Assembly: GCF_018977255.1 (NCBI RefSeq)
Contig: NW_024705555.1
Location: 1 to 34,739 of the forward strand
Origin: Callorhinchus milii
Lineage: Eukaryota
Length of the DNA: 34,739 nucleotides
Direction of reading: 5' to 3'
Shown here: positions 32,781-34,739 of the stretch, one piece after another
Layout of the letters: every line of letters starts with the position of its first letter
How positions within the stretch are numbered: position 1 is the first letter of the stretch
Notes under the pieces: model-generated
Seen by the model: only the letters and a program-made list of their open reading frames with translations
The model's database searches: none
Told to the model about the DNA's origin: nothing
Translations under genes and position numbers: made by a program

Positions 32781-34739
32781 CAAAGGCGTAGCTAGGATAT
32801 TTTGCGCCCGGGGACGAACTATAAAATTGGCGCCCCCCCCCCCCCCCCCCCGTTAATCACATTTTCCTATTACATCGAATAAGGAATAACAATTAAATTT
32901 TAATGAAACATTGTATTTAAAGAAGCAAATTTATAGAAATTATATTACATGGCTCACTCAGTCACTGTCGTAGACTGGTTGACATAGTCTACAAAAGATA
33001 CATTTTTCTTGATTTCACTGTCGCAAACTGGTCAATCACGTAATCAAAATCTGTTTTTTCCAATGTTTCTCTTTCAACGCTAAGAAGAGCAAGATCGCTG
33101 AGACGATCTTGTCCCATTGAAGCACGCAAATACGACAAAATAAGTTTCAATTTGCTGAACGACCGCTCACAGCTTGCAATTGAAACTGCTATTGTTAATA
33201 AAATTTGCAGTGAAATTCGGAAATATGTCGTCTCCATAAAACACAATAAAACCAAGAAGATCCAAAGGAGTTTCTGGTAGAACTTCATTCCGGTTACTGA
33301 GCAGCATTTTGCAATCTCCAATTTCTGTGAAAAGTTCGTGGCCATTGATGTCGGTGTCATAGAAATTTCCAAAATCTGTGCAATTTCGACGAATTGCATC
33401 GACATCTGTGTCGGATAGAAGAGTTTTGACGTCCAGCAGAAATCCAAATTTTGTGTTCAGGTCTTTTAGTCGTAAAAACCGTGTTGACATCTCCTGTTGA
33501 AGTCGATAAAATACGCTCTTCATAACGCGCACAATTTCTTCTTCTGCTGAAAGTCCTGCATCTCTTGCCAGTTCTCCTGGCATCTTCCGACGTCGCCTAA
33601 TTCTTCTGTCCACATCGATCCCCCAGGCTGTGCATCTTGTTTTGGCGTTTTCTACAGCAACTTGGCTCAAATCATCACGAAGCTTGACAAATTCATGCTC
33701 CAAAGATTCAAGATCAGTTGCTGCTTCCTTGAAATTCATAGTAGGATCCTGTAAGCGCTTCTGAACACGATCAATTTTTCCAAGAATGACATTCCAGAAA
33801 TGTAACTGTTCTGCATCACTTCTGGTTTCAGGCGTCATAGTTACGTCCTCCGATAATTTGTCTAGCAGCCCTACTAGTTCATCCAGTCCTTCATAGATAG
33901 CTTTAACAGCTTCTGATCGTGCACTCCAGCGTGTTTCAGACTCCGCTTTACTGTGATGGGCACAGCTTTTTTTAACTCTTCCCAACGAATTGTTGAACGA
34001 GAGAAAAACAAATATATACTTTCAACTGTTCCAAAAAATGATGACAAGTGGATCCTGTTTAGCTGAGTGTACTCCTGCTAAGTTTAAGCTGTGGTTGTCA
34101 CAGTTGACAAACAATGCTCTGTGATTTTTGTCACATATTCGTTGTTGAAGGCCGGATATATGCCCAGTCATCACAGCAGCATTGTCATAACATTGTGCCC
34201 GACAGTCGGCTAGAGGTATGTTGTCAGATTTCAGTCTCTCGACGATGACTCTTTCTAGGCTTGCTGCATCTTTTGCATGTATCTCGATATAACCTAAAAA
34301 TGATTCTTTGATAGTTACTTTTTTAGTTTGAAAATCCACATCCACAAATCTTATGACCTGAGAAAGCTGTTCCCGATGTCCTAGATCAGGAGTTGAGTCA
34401 AGTAAGATACCGTAGTACTTGTTTTTCCTGATATCACTCAACAATTGGTTCTTTACAGTCGACGCAAGTATGTGGATAAATTCATTCTGGATTTCCGGTG
34501 ACAAATAAGAAACTGATCCCGGATTTTCTCCTGCGTGCTGTACGTGTTTTGCTAACAATGGGTCATACTGAGCAACGAGTTTGATCAGCGCGAGAAAGTT
34601 TCCAACATTTTTATCCTCATCCGCATTCAAATTTTCCTCATGGCCACGTAGTGCCAATTTTGTGAAACCAGAAACTGAATATAGGTGAGTATTCTTTGCA
34701 ATATATCTCGCCAACGTTGTTTTTTCCAAATGAATCTGA
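32781..34739 (-). mobile_element. 3' part of a hAT transposon (decayed ZMYM1-like transposase)
   Basis: LALRGH..GNFLALI..YLSPEIQNE..DSTPD..EQLS..QCYDNAAVM..CDNHSLNL; ETRWSAR; SIASCERSFSKLKLI..RLSDLALLSVE. TIR CAAAGGCGTAGCTAGG at 32781. Several frameshifts. Confidence 0.92.

Noticed and set aside
32989..34729. Host ZMYM1-like gene
   Set aside because: It is intronless, frameshifted and bounded by a hAT TIR, so it is a transposon copy and not a domesticated gene.

Overview
This is a eukaryotic, repeat-dense window, almost entirely nested transposable elements. The host is probably an aquatic vertebrate, and lamprey-like by repeat content (inference only). No known host gene can be recognised. 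From left to right it holds: the 5' LTR, PBS and gag start of a minus-strand Gypsy element; a Penelope-like (PLE) terminal repeat with a hammerhead ribozyme; a decayed L1-like ORF2; non-autonomous Helitrons; three elements (one MITE, two solo LTRs) stacked at a single CCGG site inside an RTE-like fragment; a SINE cluster; a decayed PLE (RT + GIY-YIG) interrupted by a double-hammerhead palindrome and a scrambled Helitron; a decayed BEL/Pao element carrying hAT, mini-PLE and solo-LTR insertions, each with a clean TSD; a nearly intact RTE LINE whose 5' end is a complete HDV-like ribozyme fold; a hAT transposon whose two halves lie in opposite orientations (possible inversion); V-SINEs and minisatellites. 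A phase-consistent candidate multi-exon gene lies on the minus strand in the non-repeat islands. All calls come from manual reading; no database search was run.
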